From Fimbriiglobus sp. (GTDB lineage: Bacteria > Planctomycetota > Planctomycetia > Gemmatales > Gemmataceae): a stretch of 64,000 bases of DNA. The stretch covers positions 2,665 through 66,664 of the forward strand of contig JAYSYJ010000281.1 of assembly GCA_043727675.1 (NCBI GenBank), given 5' to 3'. The position numbers were made by a program, and so were the translations under genes. This document shows positions 50,041-58,420 of this stretch, piece by piece. A model generated the notes under the pieces. The model ran no database searches. It saw only the letters and a program-made list of their open reading frames with translations, and was not told the DNA's origin. How positions within the stretch are numbered: position 1 is the stretch's first letter; each line of letters opens with the position of its first letter.

Positions 50041-52302
50041 ATGAGTACCGACCCCGCCGAAGCCTACCTCGTCTCGCTTGGGCAAGCGCAACTGCTCGAT
50101 GCGTCGCAAGTGCAAGAGATGCGTTCGTGGATTGCCGAGTTTCAACCCGATCCGACGGCCCTCGCCAAAGAGCTGATCCGCCGTGGCTGGCTCACGACGT
50201 TCCAAGCGAAGGAGACTTCCAAAGGGCGGGCGCGGGAACTCACCATCGGCTCGTACCGGCTCCTCGAGTTGCTCGGCGAAGGAGGCATGGGGCGGGTTTT
50301 CAAAGCGAAACATCTGCGGCTCGGCCGCGATGTCGCGCTCAAGGTGATCCGCAAAGAAAAATTGTCGAACCCGGCCGTGGTCGGTCGTTTCCGCCAAGAA
50401 ATTCACGCCGCCGCGCAGTTGTCGCACCCCAACGTGGTGCTGGCTTTCGATGCGGAAGAAGCCGGCGATGGCGGGCTCTGTTTGTCGATGGAGTACGTCG
50501 AAGGAATCGACCTGACCAAGCACGTGCGAACGAAGGGGCCGATGGCGATCCCCGCCGCGTGCGATGCGATCCGTCAAGCGGCAGTCGGCTTACAACACGC
50601 CTTCGAGCGCGGCCTCGTCCACCGCGATGTCAAGCCGAGCAACCTCTTGTTGACCCCGCGCGGCCAAGTGAAACTGCTCGACCTCGGATTGGCCCTGTTG
50701 CACGATCGCACCTTCGCCGGCGGCGAGAACGCCACCCGGGTGACGCAAGATGGTTTCGTCCTCGGTACCCCGGATTTCTTGGCACCGGAACAAGCGCAGA
50801 ATTCCACGGCCGTGGATATCCGCGCCGATATTTATGCACTGGGCGCCACCCTCTTTTACTTGGTGACCGGGCGTGTGCCCTACGAGGGGAAGACCGCAAC
50901 CGAAAAATTATTGAAGCACGTCACCGAGCCACCACCGAGCGTGCGGAACTATTTGCCGGATGCTCCGCCTCAGCTCGATCAGCTCATTGCCTGGCTCATG
51001 GCGAAGCGCCCCGAAGATCGCCCGCAGGTGCCATCGGTCGTGGCCCAAGCACTCGTGCCGTTTTGCCCCCCGCATCCTAGCAGCTTTCCGACGCCGGCGT
51101 TGCCGACGCCCGCCCCATTTCCGCAGCCATTTACTCGAGCCACCCTCACCGCTCAACCCGTGGCCATCAACGGGATCCCGGGTCAGCCCCCAGCGTATCG
51201 AGCGGCCATGCAGGTACCGGCACAGTATCCGGCGGCCACGCCGAGTCCCTTTTTGGATATGAGTGTTCTGGACACCGCCGATGAGGAACAGCACGAACCG
51301 ATCCGGCGTGGGCAGGTTGACAATATCCAAGTGCGCCGGCCGAAGAAACGCTCGAATCTGCCCCTGGTGATATTCGCCGGGATCGCCGTCGTGGTGATGG
51401 TCGTCAGCTTGGGGAGTATTGCGATTTGGTATTTCGGCGGGAAGCAAGATCAGTCGGCCGGGCCTCTGGAAGCGAAATTCGACAACACCTTCGGGATGAC
51501 GATGGTGAAGATTGAACCGGGCCAATTCGACATGGGTTCCCCGAGTACCGAAAAACGCCGGGAAGAGAACGAAGGGCCGATTGGAACGGTCAAACTGACG
51601 CGGGCGTTCTACATGTCGGCGACCGAAATCACCCAGGGGCAGTACCTGAATCTCATGGGCGATTCGCCGTCGCGCAATTCCAAGAACTTCAACGCGAAAC
51701 TGACCAACCGGATTCCTGTGGATAACGTCAGTTACGATAAAGCGATGGAGTTCTGCGACAAATTGACCAAGAAAGAGAAAGAGCGGCGGCCCGGTTGGGG
51801 CTACCGGTTGCCCACCGAAGCGGAATGGGAGTATTGCGCCCGTGCTGGCACGAGCACACCGTTCGCGTTCGGCACTAAGATCATGTTTCAGAAACAGGGA
51901 ATCTTCTTGGAAGAAGCCGACGATCTCTACTGGGAATCGAACCCGGAACTCCAGGGCAAGAAGCGTGACGCGAAGCCCTACCCGGTGGCTGCGAAAGACG
52001 GCGATCCAACCGAAAAGGGGTACGAAGATTTGCGGCGCAGCCCGAACGCATTCGGGCTGTTCGACATGCACGGCAACCTCTGGGAATGGTGCAGCGACTT
52101 CTACTCAGAGTCGTACCCGAACGGGGAACGGATCGATCCGACTGGCCCGGGCGACTCCACGGGCGGTGTTCGCGTCATCCGGGGCGGTGCCTGGAACGAG
52201 AATGCGATCAAGGCCCGTTCGGCATCGCGGGCGTACCACGATCCGCGTAGCAGCAACAACGCTATCGGCTTCCGGGTGGTGTTTGCCGAACTGAAGAAGT
52301 GA
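50041..52302 (+). CDS. Ser/Thr protein kinase fused to a C-terminal FGE/SUMF1-like domain
   Basis: Kinase motifs are GEGGMGRVFKAKH, VALKVI, HRDVKPSNLL, DLGLA and GTPDFLAPEQ. A TM segment follows (LPLVIFAGIAVVVMVVSLGSIAIWYF). The FGE-like domain carries YRLPTEAEWEYCARAG, GNLWEWCSDFY and RVIRGGAWN...NAIGFRVV. The track start at 50035 is TTG, so I use ATG 50041. Confidence 0.9.
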   Translation: MSTDPAEAYLVSLGQAQLLDASQVQEMRSWIAEFQPDPTALAKELIRRGWLTTFQAKETSKGRARELTIGSYRLLELLGEGGMGRVFKAKHLRLGRDVALKVIRKEKLSNPAVVGRFRQEIHAAAQLSHPNVVLAFDAEEAGDGGLCLSMEYVEGIDLTKHVRTKGPMAIPAACDAIRQAAVGLQHAFERGLVHRDVKPSNLLLTPRGQVKLLDLGLALLHDRTFAGGENATRVTQDGFVLGTPDFLAPEQAQNSTAVDIRADIYALGATLFYLVTGRVPYEGKTATEKLLKHVTEPPPSVRNYLPDAPPQLDQLIAWLMAKRPEDRPQVPSVVAQALVPFCPPHPSSFPTPALPTPAPFPQPFTRATLTAQPVAINGIPGQPPAYRAAMQVPAQYPAATPSPFLDMSVLDTADEEQHEPIRRGQVDNIQVRRPKKRSNLPLVIFAGIAVVVMVVSLGSIAIWYFGGKQDQSAGPLEAKFDNTFGMTMVKIEPGQFDMGSPSTEKRREENEGPIGTVKLTRAFYMSATEITQGQYLNLMGDSPSRNSKNFNAKLTNRIPVDNVSYDKAMEFCDKLTKKEKERRPGWGYRLPTEAEWEYCARAGTSTPFAFGTKIMFQKQGIFLEEADDLYWESNPELQGKKRDAKPYPVAAKDGDPTEKGYEDLRRSPNAFGLFDMHGNLWEWCSDFYSESYPNGERIDPTGPGDSTGGVRVIRGGAWNENAIKARSASRAYHDPRSSNNAIGFRVVFAELKK

Positions 52303-52360
52303 GGGTAGACTGGAACTGAGAGGAAGTGTCCGCCTAGTAATTGAACATTCCAAACCAATT

Positions 52361-52600
52361 GTGACCCGTTTCGATCCGGAGATTGCTATGTCGCCGAGCA
52401 TACTGCGAGTTCTGAGCACCATCTGCTTTGTGATGGGCTTCGTTTCGATCCTCGCCTCGATTGCCATCTGGGCCATGTCCAAAGATCCGGATCTCGCCCA
52501 CGGCGAACGGTTCGGCATCTTCGTCGGCCTCTGGGCACCGACCTTCTTCATCCTGTCGGATCGGTTCGACCGCTACGCCGCGAGACCCGCTTTGAGCTGA
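52361..52600 (+). CDS. small two-TM membrane protein (hypothetical)
   Basis: The ORF has a GTG start (alternative ATG 52388) and two hydrophobic helices (ILRVLSTICFVMGFVSILASIAIWA and FGIFVGLWAPTFFIL). It sits in an otherwise empty spacer. Confidence 0.4.
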   Translation: MTRFDPEIAMSPSILRVLSTICFVMGFVSILASIAIWAMSKDPDLAHGERFGIFVGLWAPTFFILSDRFDRYAARPALS

Positions 52601-52706
52601 GTGGTCATCGAAAGAAACAAAGCGACGCGGCCAGGGGTGATCCCCGGTCGCGTTTTTGTTTGTCGTATCATGGAGTCACCCTCAAGAATCACCCCGAGAT
52701 GCTCGC

Positions 52707-53111
52707 ATGTCCGAACCGTACACCGCCATCCAAGTTGTGATGATGCCACGCGATACCAACCCGTACGGTACCATTTTCGGGGGTGTCATCCTCAGCCACA
52801 TCGATACGGCCGGCTCGATCGGAGCTCGCCGCGAACTGTTGTTGCGCGGGGGGAATCCCCGCGCCTCGTTCGTGACCGTGGCCATCAATCGCGTCGAATT
52901 CAAACAGCCCGTTCTTGTCGGCGATGTGGTGAAGTTTCAGACTCGCTTGATCAAGATCGGCCGCACGTCCGCGACCATGCATATCGATGTGATCGCCGAA
53001 CGGGGCGCTCAAGAAATCCCCGTCACCGATGCCGAGATTGTCTATGTGGGAGTCGACGCCAGCCTCCCCGTCACCGAGCGCCGGCCGATTGTGTTGATGG
53101 GCGAGGCATGA
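52707..53111 (+). CDS. acyl-CoA thioesterase (hotdog fold, YciA-like)
   Basis: [36 protein letters not shown] is the classical YciA/Acot N-terminal motif. The protein is about 134 aa. The track ORF is extended upstream, so I use ATG 52707. Confidence 0.85.
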   Translation: MSEPYTAIQVVMMPRDTNPYGTIFGGVILSHIDTAGSIGARRELLLRGGNPRASFVTVAINRVEFKQPVLVGDVVKFQTRLIKIGRTSATMHIDVIAERGAQEIPVTDAEIVYVGVDASLPVTERRPIVLMGEA

Positions 53112-53225
53112 GTCGAGAAAAACAACTTGAGGCGACAGTCCGGATTGGTTTCGCCCGTTGCACTTCACGTTGTTCGACGGTAGCGTGGAAAGTGCATTTA
53201 TTCTCCCGACCCGAGATTCTCCGCC

Positions 53226-55946
53226 ATGCGTGCTTCCGCCCTCTGGACTCTCCTCGCCGTCGCTTGCTTAGTGGTGGCCCCGTCGGCGCCGGTGGCCGCC
53301 GATAAACCCGCAGCGAAAAAATCCGCTATTCCGCCGTACAAAGCGGCGCTCGCCGAGCCACGCAAACGATTGCTCGCTGGCAACTACGACGAAGCCCGCA
53401 CGGCATACACAACAGCGGTCGCGAAGGATCAAACGCTGGCACCGTTCGCGGCGGTCGGCATCGCGGAATCGCACCGGCTCGTCGGTGATACCGAATTGTC
53501 ACTCAAAGTGCTCGACACCGCGATAAAAGAAACCCCCGAGAACATCGAACTGCTGGCGGCACGGGCCGATCTGCTTTACGAAGTCGGGAATTGGGACGGG
53601 GCCGAGAAGGATGCCGATGCCGCGTTGAAACTCGACAAAAACCAATTGCGCGCGATCTGGACGAAGGCTCGGATTCTCCGGGATCGCGGCTCAGTGGACG
53701 ACGCCGACAAAATGTTCCGCAGCGCGGTGAAATATTACACGCAGCGCAGCAACGCGGACGTCGACATCACCGATCCCGAAGAATTGCTTCACGTGGCGTT
53801 GTGCGGGTCCGAAAACGCCCGCTGGCACAATCTCAAGGAGCAGTTCAAATTCATCTTGAACGACGTGCTCAAAGACGCCCTCGCGGCCGACAAGACTTAC
53901 TGGCCGGCCGAGCAACTCGCGGGAGAGTTGCTGCTCGAAAAGTACAACCGCCCCGACGCGATCGATGCCTTCGACAAAGCCTTGCAACTGAATCCGAAGG
54001 CGGCCGATCCGCTGGTGGGCAAAGCCCAAGCGGCGCTCGTCAAATTCGACCTGAAGGATGCCGACAAATTCGCAGGCGATGCCCTAAAACAGAACCCCAA
54101 GCACGCCGGGGCGCTACGCATCCAAGCGGAAATCCAAATCATCGCGGGCGACTTCCCCGCCGCCGAAAAGCTGTTGCGGTTGGCCAAAACAGCACGGCCA
54201 CGCGACAGCCAAACGCTCGGTCGATTGGCCGGGGTGCTCCTGTTGCAGAATAAGAAAGCCGAATTCGACACCGCCCTGAAAGAGGTGCTCGTCTTTGATT
54301 CCAAGCCCGGACTCTTTTACCACGAATTGGCCGGATGCCTCGACGAGCGCAAACGGTACCCGCAAGCGGAAGAATATTACAAGAAGGCGGGGGAACTGCG
54401 GCCGTTCTTGTCGGGGCCGCGCACGAGCTTGGGGATGCTCTATTTGCGGCTCGGGAACGAAGCCGAGGCGAAGCTGTTGCTCGATGCCGCGTTCAAGGCC
54501 GACCCCTTCAATGTCCGCGTGGCCAATTCGCGGAAAGTGCTCGAACACTTGTCAAAGTACCGGACGCTGCAAACCGCGCATTACGAGCTGCGCTACGATC
54601 CGGCCACCGATCAAGTTCTCGCGGAGTTCCTAGCAGAATTTCTCGAAGAGACGCATGCCGAATTGAAGAAGCAATTCGCCTACGAACCGGAAGGTAAAAT
54701 CCTCATTGAGGTCTTCAACAATCACGAGATGTTCAGCGGACGGACGGTCGGCCTCCCCGACTTGCACACCATCGGGGCCTGCACCGGTCGCGTGGTCACC
54801 ATGGCGTCGCCGCAGGCCAAGGGGTTGAACAAGCCGTTCAATTGGGGCCGGGTGATGCGCCACGAACTCACGCATGTGTTCAACTTGGCCCAGACCGATA
54901 ACCAGTGCCCGCACTGGGTGACCGAAGGCCTGGCGGTGCGGAACGAGAACATGGGTCGACCACCGACGTGGACGGCGATCCTGCGCGAACGATTCACCTC
55001 GAACACGCTGCTGAACCTCGACACGATCTTGCTCGGCTTCGTGCGGCCCAAGAGCCAAGACGAATGGGCACTCGCCTATTGCCAGAGTCAGATTTACATG
55101 GACTACCTCACGAAGACCCACGGTGAAGAGACCGTTGCCAAAGTCCTCAACGAGTACAAAGCCGGGAAAGAGACCGGCGCGGTGATCCAGGCCGCGTGCG
55201 GGGTGAGCAAAGCCGACTTCGAGAAAGGGTACCGGGAATTCGTGGCGGGGATCGTTAAAGGAAGTTCGCCGGTGGCACGTGGGCCGGTCGAAAAACTGCT
55301 CACCTTCGAAGAGCTGGAAACAGCGGTGAAGGAGAGTCCCAAGGACAACGATTTGAAGGCCCGCCTCGCGGAGCAGTTGTTGCGACGGAACAAGACGACC
55401 GATGCCAAGAAACTGGCCGACGATGTGTTGCAATCGAAGCCGGGACACGGGCTGGCCAGCATCGTGCGTTCCAAACTGCTCGACCGTGCCGGCGATGCCG
55501 ATGCGGCCCAGGATGCACTCGACAACGCGTTGAAAGCCAACCCGGACGAGACGAAGCTGCTCGCCGCAATCGGTCGACTGCATTTGGGCAAGAAGGAGTT
55601 GGCCGAGGCGGCGGCGATGTTCGAGAAAGCCAAGAAGTTGGCTCCGCTCGAAGCGGATTGGAACGAGCAACTCGTGCGGATTTACAAGATGACCAACGAC
55701 ACCGAAAAACTCTTGCCGCTGCTGGCGGAGGTGGTGGCCCACGATCCGGACGATTTAGAGGCCCGCTTGAAGTTGGCGAAGGCGAGCTTAGAGGCCGGCC
55801 GGTTTGCCGAAGCCGAGGTCTACGCCCGCGATGCACTCTGCATCGACGTCACCAACGCCGAAGCCCGAACGAGTTTACTCGAGGCGTTGAAGGGCCAGAA
55901 CAAGACCGCCGAGAGCGAGAAAATCCGCAAACGTTTCGAGAAGTGA
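53226..55946 (+). CDS. secreted TPR-repeat protein with an embedded MA-clan metallopeptidase-like domain
   Basis: The signal peptide is MRASALWTLLAVACLVVAPSAPVAA. TPR repeats flank both sides. VMRHELTHVF carries HExxH, and HWVTEGLAV follows 17 residues later. Confidence 0.75.
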   Translation: MRASALWTLLAVACLVVAPSAPVAADKPAAKKSAIPPYKAALAEPRKRLLAGNYDEARTAYTTAVAKDQTLAPFAAVGIAESHRLVGDTELSLKVLDTAIKETPENIELLAARADLLYEVGNWDGAEKDADAALKLDKNQLRAIWTKARILRDRGSVDDADKMFRSAVKYYTQRSNADVDITDPEELLHVALCGSENARWHNLKEQFKFILNDVLKDALAADKTYWPAEQLAGELLLEKYNRPDAIDAFDKALQLNPKAADPLVGKAQAALVKFDLKDADKFAGDALKQNPKHAGALRIQAEIQIIAGDFPAAEKLLRLAKTARPRDSQTLGRLAGVLLLQNKKAEFDTALKEVLVFDSKPGLFYHELAGCLDERKRYPQAEEYYKKAGELRPFLSGPRTSLGMLYLRLGNEAEAKLLLDAAFKADPFNVRVANSRKVLEHLSKYRTLQTAHYELRYDPATDQVLAEFLAEFLEETHAELKKQFAYEPEGKILIEVFNNHEMFSGRTVGLPDLHTIGACTGRVVTMASPQAKGLNKPFNWGRVMRHELTHVFNLAQTDNQCPHWVTEGLAVRNENMGRPPTWTAILRERFTSNTLLNLDTILLGFVRPKSQDEWALAYCQSQIYMDYLTKTHGEETVAKVLNEYKAGKETGAVIQAACGVSKADFEKGYREFVAGIVKGSSPVARGPVEKLLTFEELETAVKESPKDNDLKARLAEQLLRRNKTTDAKKLADDVLQSKPGHGLASIVRSKLLDRAGDADAAQDALDNALKANPDETKLLAAIGRLHLGKKELAEAAAMFEKAKKLAPLEADWNEQLVRIYKMTNDTEKLLPLLAEVVAHDPDDLEARLKLAKASLEAGRFAEAEVYARDALCIDVTNAEARTSLLEALKGQNKTAESEKIRKRFEK

Positions 55947-56133
55947 TCTTCACTTCAGTTCGATTCCCAACCGTTCCGGTGGGGGGACGATGGCCTGCTC
56001 GGGCAAGCGGATACCGAGTTCATCCGGGCCGGGGATCATCACTCTTTGTGTCGTCAGTTGCGGTGCGGGGCGCGGCGCCGACCGCTGAGGTTGGCTCGGC
56101 GGTGGAAGTTCGAAGATCGACGGGAAGTTCGGA

Positions 56134-56169
56134 TTCGGCGAACCGCCGAATAGGGGCGGGCAACCCGCC
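56134..56169. terminator. two adjacent GC-rich hairpins in the convergent spacer (possible terminator of the minus-strand operon)
   Basis: The hairpins are TTCGGCG-aac-CGCCGAA (56134..56150) and GGCGGG-caa-CCCGCC (56155..56169), starting 5 nt downstream of the mini-ORF stop at 56175. There is no clear U-tract. Confidence 0.3.
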
Positions 56170-56174
56170 GGCGT

Positions 56175-56276
56175 TCACCCCGCGTCTGATCGCCCGGGAA
56201 CGAACGTCAACCAAGCGGAAAGCCCCAGCCCGAAACTGAAGAGCACTCCGACCACCGCTTGTTGCTTCTGAATCAT
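56175..56276 (-). CDS. 33-aa single-TM mini-protein (predicted; below the ORF-track size cutoff)
   Basis: The translation is MIQKQQAVVGVLFSFGLGLSAWLTFVPGRSDAG. AGGAG lies 6 nt upstream of the ATG and overlaps the TAG of the preceding ORF. Two hairpins follow the stop. Confidence 0.35.
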   Translation of the reverse strand: MIQKQQAVVGVLFSFGLGLSAWLTFVPGRSDAG

Positions 56277-56285
56277 GTTCGGCTC

Positions 56286-56468
56286 CTATTCCGAGAGTGT
56301 GTCGTTGTAACTCAGTTCGAACTCTCGCAACAGGCCAATTTCGCCGAGGGGCAGCACGTTAGCCGCGAGACGAAAGTCGAGCGCGGGCAGGAAGAAACCA
56401 TCCGGGATTCGATTGGGGGACACCGCGCCCGCGCTCGACTCCGTCTCGCCACTAACAGCGCCCGACAT
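56286..56468 (-). CDS. 60-aa hypothetical protein translationally coupled to the helicase
   Basis: ATG (56468..56466) overlaps the helicase stop TGA (56470..56468), an ATGA overlap. By eye about 75 percent of third codon positions are G/C, as in neighbouring genes. The translation is MSGAVSGETESSAGAVSPNRIPDGFFLPALDFRLAANVLPLGEIGLLREFELSYNDTLSE. Confidence 0.4.
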   Translation of the reverse strand: MSGAVSGETESSAGAVSPNRIPDGFFLPALDFRLAANVLPLGEIGLLREFELSYNDTLSE

Positions 56469-58420
56469 CACCCCTCCTCCCAAACACTGCTGTAGGCGTT
56501 GATCCCTTCAAAGTGGGCAATCATGCGTTGGTAGAACGGGTGGTTCGATAGCGTGGCGCTGTCGCCGATGACCAGGAGTGAACGCCGCGCTCGGGTGAAG
56601 GCGACGTTGGTGCGGCGGGTGTCGGCGAGAAAGCCGATCTCGCCTTCGGGGTTGGAGCGCACGAACGTGACGAGAATCGCTTCCTTCTCTTGGCCCTGGA
56701 ACCCGTCCACGCTGTCGATTTCGAGATCGGGCACGTCGATCAGCATCTCTTGCAGCAGCCGCACTTGCGCCCGGTACGGCGAAATAATGCCGATGCTCGA
56801 CGCGGGGACGCCGGCGGCGAGCCAACGGCGGGCGTACGTTTCGGCGAGTTCTGCCTCCTTCAAATTCCGCCGGCTGCCGCTTTCGGGTTCGCGCTCTTCG
56901 TCGTAACTGGCCCCGGCCGTGTCGATGAACCGCACCGGTTGCTCGGTGAGCGGACTGGCCGTCACGCCCTCCAGATCGCAGAGCCGATGACTCGCCACCG
57001 ACTCGTGGGCGATCAAGGCGCCGCCGTAGAACTCGCCGTTCGAGAAACCCATGATCGCCTCGTGCATCCGATGCTGCACCGTCAACAACCGGGCGACCTT
57101 CGGCCCCATATGATCGGTGAGGCGCTCCATCAAACTGATCGACAGGCCCTTTGAAGCGGCCTCGGGGGAAAGTACCGTCGCGGGCAGTTGCCGGTGGTCG
57201 CCGGCGAGGACGAGCTTGTCGACGCGCATGAGTGGTAGCCAAGTCGCCGGCTCGGTGCTCTGACCCGCTTCGTCGACCATCGCCCAGTCGAAACGCCGGC
57301 CGATGAGCCGGTCGCTGGTCAGCCCGGTGAGGGTGCCACAGACGATTCGCGCCTCGTTCAAAATGCGTTCGGCGGCGATCGCTTCGAACTTGCGCGCTTC
57401 GCCGAGCAAGATGCGGGCCTCTCGGCGCTGGGCCGCTTTCTCGCCGGGTTGGGGCCGCTCTTTCGTCCATTTGTCGGCTTGCTGGAACAACGAGTAAGCC
57501 TCCTTGGCGAACTTGCGAGCTTGTCGACCATCCACGTGTTTCTGCACGAGCATGTCGAGGGCGCGATCACGGAGCGCGGGGTCGACGCGGGCCGGGTGGC
57601 CCACACGCACGGGCTTCTCGCCGATGGCGAGCAACTTTTCGAGCAGGTTATCGACAGCGTGATTGCTCGGAGCGCAGGCCAGTACGCGTTCGCCGCGCAG
57701 CACCGCTTGGCGGATCACTTCGACGAGCGTGGTGGTCTTGCCGGTGCCCGGCGGGCCGTGGATGATCGCCACATCTTTCGCGCTGAGTGCGAACAGGACC
57801 GCTTCGCGTTGCGGTTCGTTCAAGTGCGGTGCGAGATCTAAATTGCGTTCCTTGTCGAACAGCGGCGGGCGTTCGCCAAGCAGCACCGTGCGCATTTCCG
57901 CCAAGCGATCCCCGGCCGAGTTGGCGGCCCGGCGCAGCGCTTCTTGCTGACGTTGCCGGGAGATTTCATCCGATGACAGGTCGAGCCGCCAAGTGGCGTC
58001 GTCCGACAGATCGTCGTCGGGCGGCTCGATGGCCACACCGATGCTGGTGGCATCGCGGTCGAAGACGACGCCGCGGTACGATGGGTGACGTCGGTTCACG
58101 CCGGTCTGGTTCAGCACCACCGGCGAGCCGGATTGCAGGCGATTCGATTGCAGACGGTCGGAACGCAGCGCCCGGGTGAACGTGAGCATCAGCCGGCCAC
58201 CGAGGCCGAACTCGGCTTCGCGCAGCACCAACTTGGTGAGGGTGATGCCGTCGCGCAGGCCGGTGTCGGACAGCGCCGCTTTGCGCAGCGCCTCTTGCTC
58301 GGCGGCCGCTTCGAGGTCGAGCAGGGCCACAAGTTGGGCGAAGTGTTGCACGGGGATCGGGGGTCGCGGCATTGGAACCTCGGAGGCATTGCGAATCTTC
58401 AGCCCGAAAAAGAACCTCAT
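56468..58420 (-). CDS. superfamily-1 helicase, IGHMBP2/Upf1/DNA2-like (AAA_11/AAA_12 type)
   Basis: Motifs are IHGPPGTGKTTTLVE (motif I), VLACAPSNHAVDNL, MVDEAGQ (II), LVLAGDHRQLPATV (III), TVQHRMH, SVDGFQGQEKEAILV and NVAFTRARRSLLVIGD (VI). ATG 58420 overlaps the upstream stop (ATGA). An alternative ATG lies at 58372. Confidence 0.9.
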   Translation of the reverse strand: MRFFFGLKIRNASEVPMPRPPIPVQHFAQLVALLDLEAAAEQEALRKAALSDTGLRDGITLTKLVLREAEFGLGGRLMLTFTRALRSDRLQSNRLQSGSPVVLNQTGVNRRHPSYRGVVFDRDATSIGVAIEPPDDDLSDDATWRLDLSSDEISRQRQQEALRRAANSAGDRLAEMRTVLLGERPPLFDKERNLDLAPHLNEPQREAVLFALSAKDVAIIHGPPGTGKTTTLVEVIRQAVLRGERVLACAPSNHAVDNLLEKLLAIGEKPVRVGHPARVDPALRDRALDMLVQKHVDGRQARKFAKEAYSLFQQADKWTKERPQPGEKAAQRREARILLGEARKFEAIAAERILNEARIVCGTLTGLTSDRLIGRRFDWAMVDEAGQSTEPATWLPLMRVDKLVLAGDHRQLPATVLSPEAASKGLSISLMERLTDHMGPKVARLLTVQHRMHEAIMGFSNGEFYGGALIAHESVASHRLCDLEGVTASPLTEQPVRFIDTAGASYDEEREPESGSRRNLKEAELAETYARRWLAAGVPASSIGIISPYRAQVRLLQEMLIDVPDLEIDSVDGFQGQEKEAILVTFVRSNPEGEIGFLADTRRTNVAFTRARRSLLVIGDSATLSNHPFYQRMIAHFEGINAYSSVWEEG

